From Bigelowiella natans CCMP2755 (Eukaryota; Protista; Cercozoa): 51,016 bases of DNA. The notes under the pieces are model-generated. The model did no database searches, was not told where the DNA came from, and worked only from the letters and a program-made list of their open reading frames with translations. Shown here piece by piece: positions 50,970-51,016 of the stretch; position 1 is the first letter of the stretch, and each line of letters begins with the position of its first letter. The stretch is from assembly GCA_000320545.1 (NCBI GenBank), contig ADNK01001567.1, forward strand, positions 1-51,016, given 5' to 3'. Position numbers and translations under genes: made by a program.

Positions 50970-51016
<47 letters not shown>
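48827..51016 (+). CDS. p23/CS-domain protein with a predicted signal peptide; continues beyond the window
   Basis: RGFLPIFLLLMVTSAVHAVASA followed by EEADIPKFKWSQDEDTLYITIE (CS-domain P...WAQ..D.+Y+TI). Later exons HYFDRLWAPEDDKKLTAKAK, VDWKAMNDEEAEDFLGY and STKHVKSLDEQALDKLKAKAKKKR. Confidence 0.75.
49972..50074. repeat. Tandem direct duplication, 2 copies, period 52 bp
   Basis: attgttccataatacc(c/t)atagggcctatgagacttgtacactgaagaaagt starts at 49972 and again at 50024, with one substitution between copies. Confidence 0.95.

Noticed and set aside
82-51016. Many short ORFs in the track encoding poly-HT, YI, CV, LS, poly-Y or poly-I
   Set aside because: They are translations of intronic microsatellites and antisense frames, not genes.
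1-51016. CRISPR arrays, tRNA/rRNA genes, telomeric arrays, transposase or reverse-transcriptase ORFs
   Set aside because: No regularly spaced repeat-spacer units, cloverleaf or rRNA signatures, telomeric hexamer arrays or TE catalytic motifs were recognised by eye; Infernal, tRNAscan-SE and RepeatModeler would be needed to exclude small or degenerate cases.

Overview
Gene-dense eukaryotic nuclear DNA with GT-AG introns packed with microsatellites. About 15 protein-coding genes can be assembled by hand from exon fragments, so exon models are approximate. Recognisable genes: an SLC38/Aa_trans amino acid transporter (3' part), a Xi-class GST/glutathionyl-hydroquinone reductase, mitochondrial-type ClpB/Hsp78, a PhyH-like 2OG-Fe(II) dioxygenase, an N-acylated EF-hand protein, a DUF3605-like protein, a PTRHD1-like peptidyl-tRNA hydrolase, WRNIP1/Mgs1, an acyl-protein-thioesterase-like protein and a p23/CS-domain protein, plus several orphans. 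Two genes carry a signal peptide followed by an Arg/Ser-rich transit-like leader, which suggests an alga with a secondary plastid (chlorarachniophyte-like; inference only). Main observations: (1) WRNIP1/Mgs1 has a ubiquitin-like domain inserted in frame into the AAA+ lid, apparently on a cassette flanked by phase-0 introns; (2) the genes alternate strand almost perfectly; (3) tail-to-tail spacers are rich in short palindromes, unlike head-to-head spacers and introns; (4) the thioesterase-like protein appears to lack its catalytic serine, and the p23-like protein appears to carry a signal peptide. No rRNA, tRNA, CRISPR array or autonomous transposon was recognised.
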